In this document: positions 9,126 to 18,415 of the stretch, piece by piece | How the letters are laid out: the number at the start of each line of letters is the position of its first letter | Numbering within the stretch: position 1 is the first letter of the stretch | Assembly: GCA_963758495.1 (NCBI GenBank) | Contig: CAVWVI010000001.1 | Coordinates: 160,001 to 224,000 of the forward strand | Reading direction: 5' to 3' | Origin: Oligoflexia bacterium | Lineage (GTDB): Bacteria > Bdellovibrionota > UBA1018 | Length of the DNA stretch: 64,000 nt | Position numbers and translations under genes: made by a program | Notes under the pieces: generated by a model | What the model was told of the DNA's origin: nothing | The model's input: the letters and a program-made list of their open reading frames with translations, nothing else | Databases searched by the model: none

Positions 9126-10339
9126 TGGAGATATCTCCGCTCGCCAAGAATACTCAAAACATTAAGTCATCATTCTTAAATGACTCCAATTCAGCACGCC
9201 CCACTCCTTCGCAGGAACGCGAGATGATTGAGCAACAACAACAATCTCAACTTGACCTCAATCACATTAGAGATGCTTACGAAAAGCAATCCGAAACGGA
9301 GTCCGCTCGAAACGATGACGCTCTGGAGACTCAAAGAAATCGAGGCTATGAAAGACTTCGAGATTTGAAACGAGCTCAACAAGCGGAACTCAGTCAAATA
9401 CGAAAAAGGGGTGAAGATGAAATAGCCCAACTGAAAGATTACTATCAGCACAACACGACTCAAATCGAAACTAAGGGTGAGCAAGATTTAAGAGAATACC
9501 AAGATCACGAAGTTCGTAATTCTGAATATCAAAAAAAAGTAAACGAAGAACAAGCTCATGAAATCAAACAAGAATACGATCAAAAAACAAACCAGCTCAT
9601 TAAAAATTCAGATGAACGACTGAGCACCCTGAATGAAGCGAATCAAAAGCGCTTTGAACAAAACAAAACTTCCACAGAAACCGCCTATTCTGAAGCGGAA
9701 CGTAGCGCAAATGAAAAATTCCAAAATCTCACCCGACACTATGACCAAGTCTTCAATGGTATCGAAACTCATGCGGGTGACCAAATTCAAAAAATTAGAC
9801 GTGATACGGCTGATAAATTGTCAGCCTATGAAACACGACAAGCAGATCCATTTTATAAAATGATGGATATTCACGCAAAATTGGAAGACAACGAAGATGC
9901 ATACGTCTTAACTGCAACTATTCCTAGACATGAACAAGGGCATATCACTGCCACCCTTAAGGGCGATAACCTAGTCATTTCTGGAACGAGGCAAAATCAA
10001 GAAAACCAAGTGATTTCACCCGGGCATACGGTAGGTTCGGAGTCGTTTCAAACCTTTCATGAGAGTTTCCCACTCTCTTGGCCTGTAGATGCGCACCGAT
10101 TAACTCGTGAATTTGACGAAGATCAGGTGATTATTCGGGTACCTAAGAAAGCTACTTACGTAATTAAGGCTTCCACACCCAAGACTCCTGATAAAATTCG
10201 AGTTGTCCCTCCCTATTTTCCAGAGAATCTTCCAGGCTCACATTTAAGCCATCCAGGAGGGGAAGTAGGGAACTCAGAAGACGAACCACCTACACCTAGG
10301 GTTGCCCTTCCAAAGCCTGGCTCCGGAACACTGACTTAG
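9125..10339 (+). CDS. Long coiled-coil protein with C-terminal Hsp20/alpha-crystallin domain
   Basis: Q/E/K-rich helical N-terminus; then DAYVLTATIP...LVISG...FHESFPLSWPVD...VIIRVPK. Confidence 0.75.
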   Translation: MEISPLAKNTQNIKSSFLNDSNSARPTPSQEREMIEQQQQSQLDLNHIRDAYEKQSETESARNDDALETQRNRGYERLRDLKRAQQAELSQIRKRGEDEIAQLKDYYQHNTTQIETKGEQDLREYQDHEVRNSEYQKKVNEEQAHEIKQEYDQKTNQLIKNSDERLSTLNEANQKRFEQNKTSTETAYSEAERSANEKFQNLTRHYDQVFNGIETHAGDQIQKIRRDTADKLSAYETRQADPFYKMMDIHAKLEDNEDAYVLTATIPRHEQGHITATLKGDNLVISGTRQNQENQVISPGHTVGSESFQTFHESFPLSWPVDAHRLTREFDEDQVIIRVPKKATYVIKASTPKTPDKIRVVPPYFPENLPGSHLSHPGGEVGNSEDEPPTPRVALPKPGSGTLT

Positions 10340-10360
10340 ATCTTTCCTATTCTAAATTTT

Positions 10361-10813
10361 TTAATCTTGAACTAGTTCTTCCAATTCCTTCAGGACAAAA
10401 CGAAATCGGGCATGAAGCTCCTTCAAAGCTTTTAAGTTCTCCTTGATTCCGTTCAACATGACCGGGGCTCTACTTGCCGTGGCATTTTCCGTGGTCATCT
10501 CTTCAGACATTTTCGTGGTATTTTCTTCAGTCATTTCTGTAGCAACTTGAGAAATCTCCGTCGGCTGAGCCAGCAAAGGTGCACGAGTGGCGTTCGGTGC
10601 CACCTCACCTTTCCGAACAATTTCATTATATACGAAAGGTCTTATGGTAGGCATATTTGAAGTAGGATGGAGTAAATCCTGTGCTTTAATAATCACCGAT
10701 TTTACCAAAGATTTTGAAAGGGGTTTTTCTACTTTTTTATCAGAACCAAAAATTTGATAAAGATTCGAATGAACAAATTTAAACTTCGGGCTATTATCTT
10801 GATTCATTGACAT
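10361..10813 (-). CDS. Hypothetical protein
   Basis: ORF with AAAGGAG upstream; C-terminal coiled-coil LKELHARFRFVLKELEEL. Confidence 0.65.
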   Translation of the reverse strand: MSMNQDNSPKFKFVHSNLYQIFGSDKKVEKPLSKSLVKSVIIKAQDLLHPTSNMPTIRPFVYNEIVRKGEVAPNATRAPLLAQPTEISQVATEMTEENTTKMSEEMTTENATASRAPVMLNGIKENLKALKELHARFRFVLKELEELVQD

Positions 10814-10867
10814 TACATGAACTCCTTTAATATCTACCGTTTATATACCGCTACTTCCCTAGTATGT

Positions 10868-10883
10868 AGCAATACAAATGCCA
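10868..10883 (-). promoter_or_regulatory. Putative sigma54 (-24/-12) promoter
   Basis: Minus strand TGGCAT-TTGTA-TTGCT, matching TGGCAC-N5-TTGCW spacing, about 55 bp upstream of the 10813 start. Confidence 0.6.
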
Positions 10884-11108
10884 TGAATAAGCACCTCTCC
10901 AACACCAGCGATTCCCGTCGAATTAATTAATAAATACATATCATTAGTAGATTTACAGAATGTATTTTTTTGAGACGTGAGTGCCTAAGGAGTAGACATC
11001 TGATGACAAGTAACTCCATAAATCGGAACGGTTTAGCTCGGATTTATATTTTGATAATAACGAAACAGAGAATGACCACGGAGAGAATAGAAGCTAGGGA
11101 CAAAGACA

Positions 11109-12908
11109 TCATACTTTTAATACGCCTTCATTCACTACCTGTTTTTTAGGAAACACCTGAACAAGCGCGATCACGAGAATTGCAAATAATGCGGCAATCA
11201 TCAGAACAATAATTACTGAATTCAGATAGGCCAGAACGGGCTGACCCTTTTTCGCCATTGGCAGGAGATTTTGAAAAATAGTTTCAATACCTGCAGTCAC
11301 AGTAGTCGTAGCCACAAAAGAAAGTGGAAGAAGAGTCGCCCACACGTACCTTACTTTTCCGGAACGGACAATCCAGACTGATCCAAGGGTCAAGGCAATC
11401 GACGCCAATAACTGATTCGCTACTCCAAAAAGTGGCCAAATCGTCGATATATTCCCCGTCCAGATAAATCCTCCCCAGGAAGCAACTACAAGAATCGAAG
11501 CTAAGACGGTTCCAGGAATCGACTCTGTTCTTCCCCATGATGCCTTGAGCTTTCCAAAAAGCTCTTGGACCAAAAATCGAGCAACCCGAGTTCCAGAGTC
11601 AATCGTGGTCAAAATAAAAAGAGCTTCAAATAAAATCGCGAAGTGATACCAATAAGCCATCCAATTTTTGAGACCGGGTATATTTGAAAAAACCTGAGCC
11701 ATTCCGACTGCCAACGATACAGCTCCACCCGGTCTTCCAGCTACGGACTCTCCCACCTGCTGTGAGAGTTCCGGCAAATGAACCACCGACATTCCCAATT
11801 GCTGAAAGTGGGCAGGTGAGACATTAATAGCAAAATAATCCTCTGGAAATAACGCTGAGGCCGCAACGAGAGAAATCAATCCGACCCAGCCTTCACAGAG
11901 CATCGCTCCATAACCAATCCTCCTGCAATCACCTTCTTTAGAGATCATCTTAGGAGTAGTTCCTGAGGCAATCAAAGAGTGAAATCCTGAGATTGCCCCA
12001 CATGCAATAGTAATAAAGACAAATGGAAATACTTTTCCAGGCACAATCGGACCACCGCCACCTGCGAATTGGGAAAACAGGGGCATATGGAGTTCTGGAT
12101 TCACGATGAGGATGGCTATCGTCAAGGCTCCAATAGTACCCAGTTTCATAAAGCTGGAAAGGTAATCTCTCGGACAAAGCAACAGCCAAACGGGTAATAC
12201 GCTAGCGACGAATCCATAGGATGCAAGTGCGATAATCAACCCCTCGCGGGAGAAAGTAAAATACGGAGCTAAGGCGCTACCAGGAACCGCTCGGCCGAAG
12301 ATGACTGCGGCCAACAAGGCTATCACACCGAATACAGTCGCTTCACGGATACCATTTTTTCGAATATAACCTGTGTAAATTCCCATCAGCAAGGCAATCG
12401 GAATGGTGGCGGCGAGAGTGAAAGTTCCCCAGGGACTTGATTCCAGGGCATTCACTACCGCCAACCCCAAACCTGCTAAAGCTATCGTTACAATAAATAG
12501 AATTACCCAACCGATAATCCGCCCTGCCCAATGTCCCATTTCAGCCTCTGCAATTTGGGCAATACTCTTTCCATCATGACGAACACTGGCCACCAAAATA
12601 ACAAAATCATGAACGGCTCCACCGACCACTACACCGATCACGAGCCAAAGGTAGCCGGGTAAAAATCCGAATTGGGCCGCCAAGACGGGTCCGATCAGGG
12701 GGCCAGCTCCTGTAATCGCGGCAAAATGGTGCCCAAATAAAACCCAACGATGGGTGGGGTAGTAATTTTGCCCATCAGAAAGTCGATGAGCGGGAGTGGT
12801 TCTGCTATCGTCCAAACAAAGTACCTTTGCGGCCAGGAAAGCGCTATAATATCGATAAGCGATTGTGAGTACACAGAGAGCCACCAAAATAAAGGGTAAT
12901 GCCTTCAT
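11109..12908 (-). CDS. cstA: Carbon starvation protein A (peptide/pyruvate transporter)
   Basis: TPAH..DG.NY, VLFGHHFAAITGAGPLIGP, ITIACGAISGFH motifs. Confidence 0.95.
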   Translation of the reverse strand: MKALPFILVALCVLTIAYRYYSAFLAAKVLCLDDSRTTPAHRLSDGQNYYPTHRWVLFGHHFAAITGAGPLIGPVLAAQFGFLPGYLWLVIGVVVGGAVHDFVILVASVRHDGKSIAQIAEAEMGHWAGRIIGWVILFIVTIALAGLGLAVVNALESSPWGTFTLAATIPIALLMGIYTGYIRKNGIREATVFGVIALLAAVIFGRAVPGSALAPYFTFSREGLIIALASYGFVASVLPVWLLLCPRDYLSSFMKLGTIGALTIAILIVNPELHMPLFSQFAGGGGPIVPGKVFPFVFITIACGAISGFHSLIASGTTPKMISKEGDCRRIGYGAMLCEGWVGLISLVAASALFPEDYFAINVSPAHFQQLGMSVVHLPELSQQVGESVAGRPGGAVSLAVGMAQVFSNIPGLKNWMAYWYHFAILFEALFILTTIDSGTRVARFLVQELFGKLKASWGRTESIPGTVLASILVVASWGGFIWTGNISTIWPLFGVANQLLASIALTLGSVWIVRSGKVRYVWATLLPLSFVATTTVTAGIETIFQNLLPMAKKGQPVLAYLNSVIIVLMIAALFAILVIALVQVFPKKQVVNEGVLKV

Positions 12909-13112
12909 AAATTTTATTTTTCCTGTCTAAATCTGTCTTTGTATCAACTTTAATATTGGCTTAATATTGGCTTAATATAGACATTAACATTGGTCTTAAT
13001 GTCTATATAAAACATGAAGACATTGAACAATATACTATTTAATTTCAAGCAGATAACAAAACAAGAAAATACTATATAAATATTATTAATTTAATATTAC
13101 AATAGAAGACAA

Positions 13113-14999
13113 ATGAGATTCTTTTTTTTTACCTTATTCGCAGTGTCGATCTTAATTTCCAGTCAAACTTCTTGGAGTGATGCCAATATTAATAACGATG
13201 GAAATAATAATGGAGACAATGACGCAGGGGTAAATATCAATGCCCCACTTCCCCTGATGGCCGGTCCTGTAGATCAACAAGCATTTCAAGACCATCAAGA
13301 GTTAGTTAACGAATATATAAATTCTCAAAATATTACAAATGAAGAAACTCGAAAGAAACTAGAAGATTACCGAAATGCAAATAATGTAATAATTCCAGCC
13401 GATGATAATCAATGGTATAACTATCACAGTAAGGTTGCAGACACTTATGCAGAAGTTCAAAAAAACATTTATAAAAACCAACCGTCTGAAGCTAATATGA
13501 AAATGGCAGAAACTGCCATAAATTATAGTAACTATCTTCGTAATCCCTACAAATCAACAAGCCCTACGAAAAGCGCCGAACTCTTTAGTCATATGGCAGT
13601 ACAGTATACTGCTAATATCCCCGATGATCATCCACTGAAGAGCCCTACTCAAAAGTATGCCCAACAGTCCATCGAGTATCATCAGGCATTACAAGCTGGC
13701 GCCTCTCCCCAGGAATTAAAAACTAAACATGATACGCTAATGAGCACGTATCATGGCTTATTGGCAGCAACTCACGCTCAGGGTAGTAATATTAGTAAAG
13801 ATGAAATCAAAAAGGATCAAGAACAAAAAATGAATCCTGTTGTGAATGCTACCCAAACTCGAGACGAACAAGCTACTCAATTAACCCAGAGCCAAGGTAA
13901 TTTAGAACCGGGTCAAGTTCAACCTCAGCAAGAAAGTCGAAAAACCAGACCCAATATTGTGAATGGTAGGCCCGTACGCCTTCCACCTCTCACTACAAAA
14001 CGCTCTGTTCAGGATGCAAAGTTAGCCAAAAGTCAGCAAGCTCTCCAGGAACGAAAACTAAATCCTGATTTGAGTGCTGCTCAAGCTCGTGAAGAACGAG
14101 ATGCTCAATTAACTCAAAGCGCAGCGAAGTCTGAACTCAATTCAAAGTTGGCCAAAAGCCAGCAAGCTCTCCAGGAACGAAAACTAAATCCTGATTTGAG
14201 TGCTGCTCAAGCTCGTGAAGAACGAGATGCTCAATTAACTCAAAGCGCAGCGAAGTCTGAACTCAATTCAAAGTTAGCCAAAAGTCAGCAAGCTCTCCAG
14301 GAACGAAAACTAAATCCTGATTTGAGTGCTGCTCAAGCTCGTGAAGAGCGAGATGCTCAATTAACTCAAAGCGCAGCGAAGTCTGAACTCAATTCAAAGT
14401 TGGCCAAAAGCCAGCAAGCTCTCCAGGAACGAAAACTAAATCCTGATTTGAGTGCTGCTCAAGCTCGTGAAGAACGAGATGCTCAATTAACTCAAAGCGC
14501 AGCGAAGTCTGAACTCAATTCAAAGTTGGCCAAAAGCAGAGAAGCTGAAGAGAAGGAGAATCAACAGAAGATTGAAATAGCAAAGAATAGCAAAAAAGAA
14601 ACTTTGGCAGAAACTGAGAAGACCAATAAAATAAATGATCTAAATGCACAAAATAGAAAAAAAGACACCGAAACCTTAAAACAACAGTTGGCGGATACGA
14701 AGCAAAAAAATATTCAGGACATAAATGCTCGGCATGCCTCCATTATAAAAGAAAATGAGAATGCTAAAAAAGTGAAGACGGCCCAAGCCAAAAAAGCTCT
14801 CGAAGCGAAGAAGCAAAAGATCGCACAAAATCGGATTGCTTTTGAAAAAGCAAAGGCTGCCGCTTTAAAAGCACAAGAGGCAGCGGCTAAAAAAGCTGCT
14901 GCAATCAAGCAAATGAATAAAAACAAATGGAGTAATCAGCAGAGGAAAGATGATCTTGAATTTTCAGCTTATAAAAACACTAAATATAATGCTCCTTGA
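13113..14999 (+). CDS. Secreted hypothetical protein with four 42-aa tandem repeats and Lys/Ala-rich tail
   Basis: Signal peptide; N/D-rich start; (KLAKSQQALQERKLNPDLSAAQAREERDAQLTQSAAKSELNS)x4. Confidence 0.8.
   Translation: MRFFFFTLFAVSILISSQTSWSDANINNDGNNNGDNDAGVNINAPLPLMAGPVDQQAFQDHQELVNEYINSQNITNEETRKKLEDYRNANNVIIPADDNQWYNYHSKVADTYAEVQKNIYKNQPSEANMKMAETAINYSNYLRNPYKSTSPTKSAELFSHMAVQYTANIPDDHPLKSPTQKYAQQSIEYHQALQAGASPQELKTKHDTLMSTYHGLLAATHAQGSNISKDEIKKDQEQKMNPVVNATQTRDEQATQLTQSQGNLEPGQVQPQQESRKTRPNIVNGRPVRLPPLTTKRSVQDAKLAKSQQALQERKLNPDLSAAQAREERDAQLTQSAAKSELNSKLAKSQQALQERKLNPDLSAAQAREERDAQLTQSAAKSELNSKLAKSQQALQERKLNPDLSAAQAREERDAQLTQSAAKSELNSKLAKSQQALQERKLNPDLSAAQAREERDAQLTQSAAKSELNSKLAKSREAEEKENQQKIEIAKNSKKETLAETEKTNKINDLNAQNRKKDTETLKQQLADTKQKNIQDINARHASIIKENENAKKVKTAQAKKALEAKKQKIAQNRIAFEKAKAAALKAQEAAAKKAAAIKQMNKNKWSNQQRKDDLEFSAYKNTKYNAP
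14017..14537 (+). repeat. 126-bp coding tandem repeat, 4 full units plus a partial fifth
   Basis: Units start at 14017, 14143, 14269, 14395 and 14521; nearly identical. Confidence 0.95.
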
Positions 15000-15018
15000 T
15001 ATGTAAAAGCCTTGCAGG

Positions 15019-15156
15019 CTCCACATGAGGTCCGTCGAACATATCTACAAAGGTTCTGAAGCTATAGAAAGAAATCTTCGTTTCACCGCGTTTGTCCACA
15101 AGTTCTCTTGCGAATTCGGCTTTATAGGGCTCACCCATGTCGCTGATTCGCTGTAA
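15019..15156 (-). pseudogene. Internal fragment resembling the threonyl-tRNA synthetase N2 (editing) region
   Basis: Manual translation: LQRISDMGEPYKAEFARELVDKRGETKISFYSFRTFVDMFDGPHVE, matching the ThrRS EPYK...ISFY...F.D.C.GPHV pattern. Confidence 0.7.
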
Positions 15157-15307
15157 GGGAGAAGACTATGACGAATTTTAAAAAGTAGATCAACATGGGA
15201 CATGACACACCACCAAGTGCTTAAAATTCATTTCGATTGAGCATCTGACAATACTAAACAGTCACGCGGTTTCCGTTGCGCTTCGTTGAGACCGTAGTGT
15301 CACCAAA

Positions 15308-15688
15308 TCATGTCGAGGCATAAGTTGTCTTAGTGTGAAGTGTAATTGAATATCCATCGGGATCTTTAAATGTAAAAAAGCGGCCGAATGGCCCATCTTG
15401 AATTGGTGTAAGGATAGGCACGCCCGCCTTTTGAAGACTCTCATAAAAAAAATCGGCATCTTTACAAGCTAGCCAGATTGCGACACCCCATCCAAGCTGT
15501 GAAGTCGCCGACAGGTCAATTGCTGCTGTCCTAATTGCAAAAGGAATTGGAGAGGTCTTGAATACTACTGCCCCGGGAGGACTTTGGTCCGCGGCTAATA
15601 GATTTAAGTGCTGCATGTAGAAGGCTTTTGAGATTTGGAGATCTCTTACCTGAATCGCGATGAAATCTGGACCAATTAATTTCGACAT
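15308..15688 (-). CDS. VOC/glyoxalase family protein
   Basis: IAIQVRDL...AFY and GPFGRFFTFKDPDG; start moved to ATG 15688, which has an AAGGAG RBS. Confidence 0.9.
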   Translation of the reverse strand: MSKLIGPDFIAIQVRDLQISKAFYMQHLNLLAADQSPPGAVVFKTSPIPFAIRTAAIDLSATSQLGWGVAIWLACKDADFFYESLQKAGVPILTPIQDGPFGRFFTFKDPDGYSITLHTKTTYAST

Positions 15689-15707
15689 AACCACTCCTTG
15701 AAGGGTA

Positions 15708-15746
15708 ATCAGGGACCTGATATAATAGTCGTATAAGGGGCCTGAT
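15708..15746. promoter_or_regulatory. Two palindromic boxes, putative MarR operators
   Basis: ATCAGG-GA-CCTGAT (15708-15721) and ATAAGG-GG-CCTGAT (15733-15746) flank TATAAT between the divergent VOC and MarR genes. Confidence 0.6.
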
Positions 15747-16193
15747 ATGTCAAATAAAACCACTTCGCCTGCTAAAAAGCGGTTAGGCTATGAATTAAAA
15801 CGGGCTCAGCAGGCTCTCCGCAACCGAATGGATGCTGTACTTCGACCAATGGGTCTAACGACCGCTCAATATGCGGTTCTGTCGGCGCTTGAAAAGGAAG
15901 ATGGAGCTTCCAATGCTGATTTGGCAAAAGCTGCTTTTGTAACTGCTCAGACCATGCATGGAATTTTAACTAATATGGAGCGAGACGGATTGATCAAAAG
16001 AGTAGACGATCCGACTCATGGAAAAATATTAAAAAGCCAACTGACTATTAAGGGGCGAGATACACTAGTGCTTGCACATAAGATTATTGGAGAGATAGAA
16101 ACAATCTTGATAAAGACCGTTGGAAAAGATGAAGCTGATAGGATGGCTGAGGTACTTTCAAAGTGTGCCGATGCTCTTGGGGCCGAAAAGTAG
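15747..16193 (+). CDS. MarR family transcriptional regulator
   Basis: GLTTAQYAVL...SNADLA...MERDGLIKR...LTIKG. Confidence 0.92.
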   Translation: MSNKTTSPAKKRLGYELKRAQQALRNRMDAVLRPMGLTTAQYAVLSALEKEDGASNADLAKAAFVTAQTMHGILTNMERDGLIKRVDDPTHGKILKSQLTIKGRDTLVLAHKIIGEIETILIKTVGKDEADRMAEVLSKCADALGAEK

Positions 16194-16305
16194 TCATTTT
16201 AACGATAATCATGACTCCGCTAACTAAAAGTAACCAGACTCCCAATCAACTTAATCCCGAAATCAGCGCTCGCTTTTGTTTTAAATTCCTCGAAATCAAT
16301 TTTAT

Positions 16306-17664
16306 ATTGTGCGCCGTCCACAAAGGATTAAATGATATTAAATAGCAGCGCCGGCTAGCGCTCGGTGATAAAGGACTTGGTCTGAGTAAAATAGCTTCCA
16401 CTCTCGGTTCAGCTTGATCTGTTTTAACGTCTTTTTAATGTCAAAAAACTCATGAAACTCCAATGGCGTCTTTGTTAAACCAAGCGACATTGCTGGAGTA
16501 TCATGATTTGATTTCGGGTTTTTTTTATGACGTTTTACAAATTGGGTTCGGAAAAAATTTTTCCAAACCATGAAAAGAGTGTATTTCCCAACCATGCGTG
16601 CGTGTTTTTTAGCAAAGCAGATGGTTTCTCGACTGAAAGCTCCTATATGTTGGCGGATCAACAAGTCTGCGTGATTTACACTAAAGAGGTAGTTTTGAAA
16701 ATTTCGAGTTTGCTTAGATGAGACTCTGACTTGTTCGATTTTAAAGCCCTTTAGGTCTTGCTCAATAGCCCTACGATACTGAAAGTGCTCATCCGAATAA
16801 ATTAAAAAGGGTCGAGCTGGATCACCCCTTTTTTCATAGAGTCGAGCAAAGATTTCCGCAGTGCTGGTTCGAATTGCTTTTGGAGGATATCGGCCTTCTT
16901 CCTCTTCTTTCAGTCGTCGGACTTGCTTTTGTCGGGGAGACATCCTTCCTTTTCGATTGAGTGGAGCAAAGTTGAAGTCGTAAATAAACAAGGATTCTTT
17001 GCCAATCGCTTGCTGAATATGATTCGGGTCATACTGACTTTTAGCAAAGGCTTCAAGACCATCATAAACTATGGGTTCAGCTATTTTCAGTGTCTGGGTT
17101 CGTTCTGTTTGTTTAACTAGCGCCCACTGAACCAGTTTTCTCACTCTAAGGCGAATGAGATGCTCTGAAGTCTGCAATCTTCTTGCAATTTCTCGATTGG
17201 ATATCCCACATGTGATGTAACTGAAAATCTTGCAATTCAAACCGGGCCTCCTTTCACGGAAGTCGAGCTTGAAGTACGTATATCGAAAATTTCTCTTGCA
17301 GGAACAACATCGAAATTGCCGAACCCGGTAAGGATAACATTGAGTTTTAGCCCAACCATTGGAATAGAAAAAAGGCGCTTTCTGGTCTTCCAATTGGAGA
17401 TGAAAAGGACATTTTTCATTGGGGCAATACGGAGGCTGGAAACACTTTTGTCTGAGAATAAAAGGATCTTCTTTCATGAAGCCGTTTTTTGCAGGACTTC
17501 AGCCTTTGCTTCAGCTCAAACAGTCGTAAATTCTCATTTAAATTCAATCCCCTCGATCTTCCACTCATTGATGGGACAATTCGAAAATCCTACACAATGA
17601 TCGAACTCTGTACCCAAGCATTCCGAGGAGGGCTGAATCCCATCCTATTTCAGCGGCGCACAAT
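16306..17664 (-). mobile_element. Insertion sequence (IS1-like DDE transposase) bounded by imperfect terminal inverted repeats
   Basis: Left end ATTGTGCGCCG-tccacaa-AGGAT (16306-16328); right end reverse-complement ATTGTGCGCCG-ctgaaat-AGGAT (17642-17664). Confidence 0.75.
16338..17477 (-). CDS. Transposase, IS1-like (zinc ribbon + HTH + DDE)
   Basis: CPNEKC...FRCCSCKRNF; SNREIARRL; YDGLE, YSDEH and SRET candidate catalytic residues; TPAM.LGL tail. Confidence 0.8.
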   Translation of the reverse strand: MKEDPFILRQKCFQPPYCPNEKCPFHLQLEDQKAPFFYSNGWAKTQCYPYRVRQFRCCSCKRNFRYTYFKLDFRERRPGLNCKIFSYITCGISNREIARRLQTSEHLIRLRVRKLVQWALVKQTERTQTLKIAEPIVYDGLEAFAKSQYDPNHIQQAIGKESLFIYDFNFAPLNRKGRMSPRQKQVRRLKEEEEGRYPPKAIRTSTAEIFARLYEKRGDPARPFLIYSDEHFQYRRAIEQDLKGFKIEQVRVSSKQTRNFQNYLFSVNHADLLIRQHIGAFSRETICFAKKHARMVGKYTLFMVWKNFFRTQFVKRHKKNPKSNHDTPAMSLGLTKTPLEFHEFFDIKKTLKQIKLNREWKLFYSDQVLYHRALAGAAI

Positions 17665-17717
17665 TAAACAAAAGCTGCATGACTTAGGCAGGCATCGAAC
17701 CTGCAAAATAGAAAACC

Positions 17718-18407
17718 ATGAAAATTCTAATGGTACTCACTTCACACGACCTACTCGGAAACACAGGCCGAAAGACCGGCTTTTGGCTGGAAGAATTTGC
17801 AGCCCCCTACTACGTATTTAAGGACGCCGGCGTCGACATCACATTAGCCTCGCCCAAGGGCGGACAGCCACCCATCGATCCAGTCAGCGACTCACCGGAT
17901 AAGCAGACGCCTGCACAGAAGCGCTTCAAAGAAGACAAGGCCGCGCAGCAAGACCTTGCCAACACCAAGCGACTTGCCGATATGAAATCGGAAGACTTTG
18001 ACACTGTTTTCTATCCCGGCGGACACGGTCCCATGTGGGATCTTGCCGAAGATGCCTCATCAATAGCTTTGCTCGAGTCTTTCTATCATTCCGGAAAACC
18101 CATCGCCTTGGTTTGTCATTCACCGGGCGTCCTGCGTCACGTGAAGTACAACGGCGTGCCGCTGGTGAAAGAAAAGCACGTCACAGGCTTCACCAACGGC
18201 GAGGAGGAATTTATGCAGCTCACCCACGTCGTACCGTTCCTTGTCGAAGATGAGTTGCTTCGACTCGGTGCGATTTTCGAGAAAAAAGCCAACTGGGAAT
18301 CTTTTTCGATCGTCGATGGACGCCTGATCACAGGACAGAATCCGGCGTCGTCGACCGTTACGGCAAAGGCGCTTCTTGAGCAATTCGCGAAAAAAGCTGC
18401 CGCATAG
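17718..18407 (+). CDS. DJ-1/PfpI (type 1 glutamine amidotransferase-like, glyoxalase III-like) protein
   Basis: TGFWLEEFAAPYY, FYPGGHGPMWDL, VCHSP and ITGQNPAS. Confidence 0.93.
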   Translation: MKILMVLTSHDLLGNTGRKTGFWLEEFAAPYYVFKDAGVDITLASPKGGQPPIDPVSDSPDKQTPAQKRFKEDKAAQQDLANTKRLADMKSEDFDTVFYPGGHGPMWDLAEDASSIALLESFYHSGKPIALVCHSPGVLRHVKYNGVPLVKEKHVTGFTNGEEEFMQLTHVVPFLVEDELLRLGAIFEKKANWESFSIVDGRLITGQNPASSTVTAKALLEQFAKKAAA

Positions 18408-18415
18408 GGGGGAGC

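Noticed and set aside
14017..14537. Possible CRISPR array
   Set aside because: Contiguous 126-bp in-frame units with no unique spacers, and no cas genes in the window
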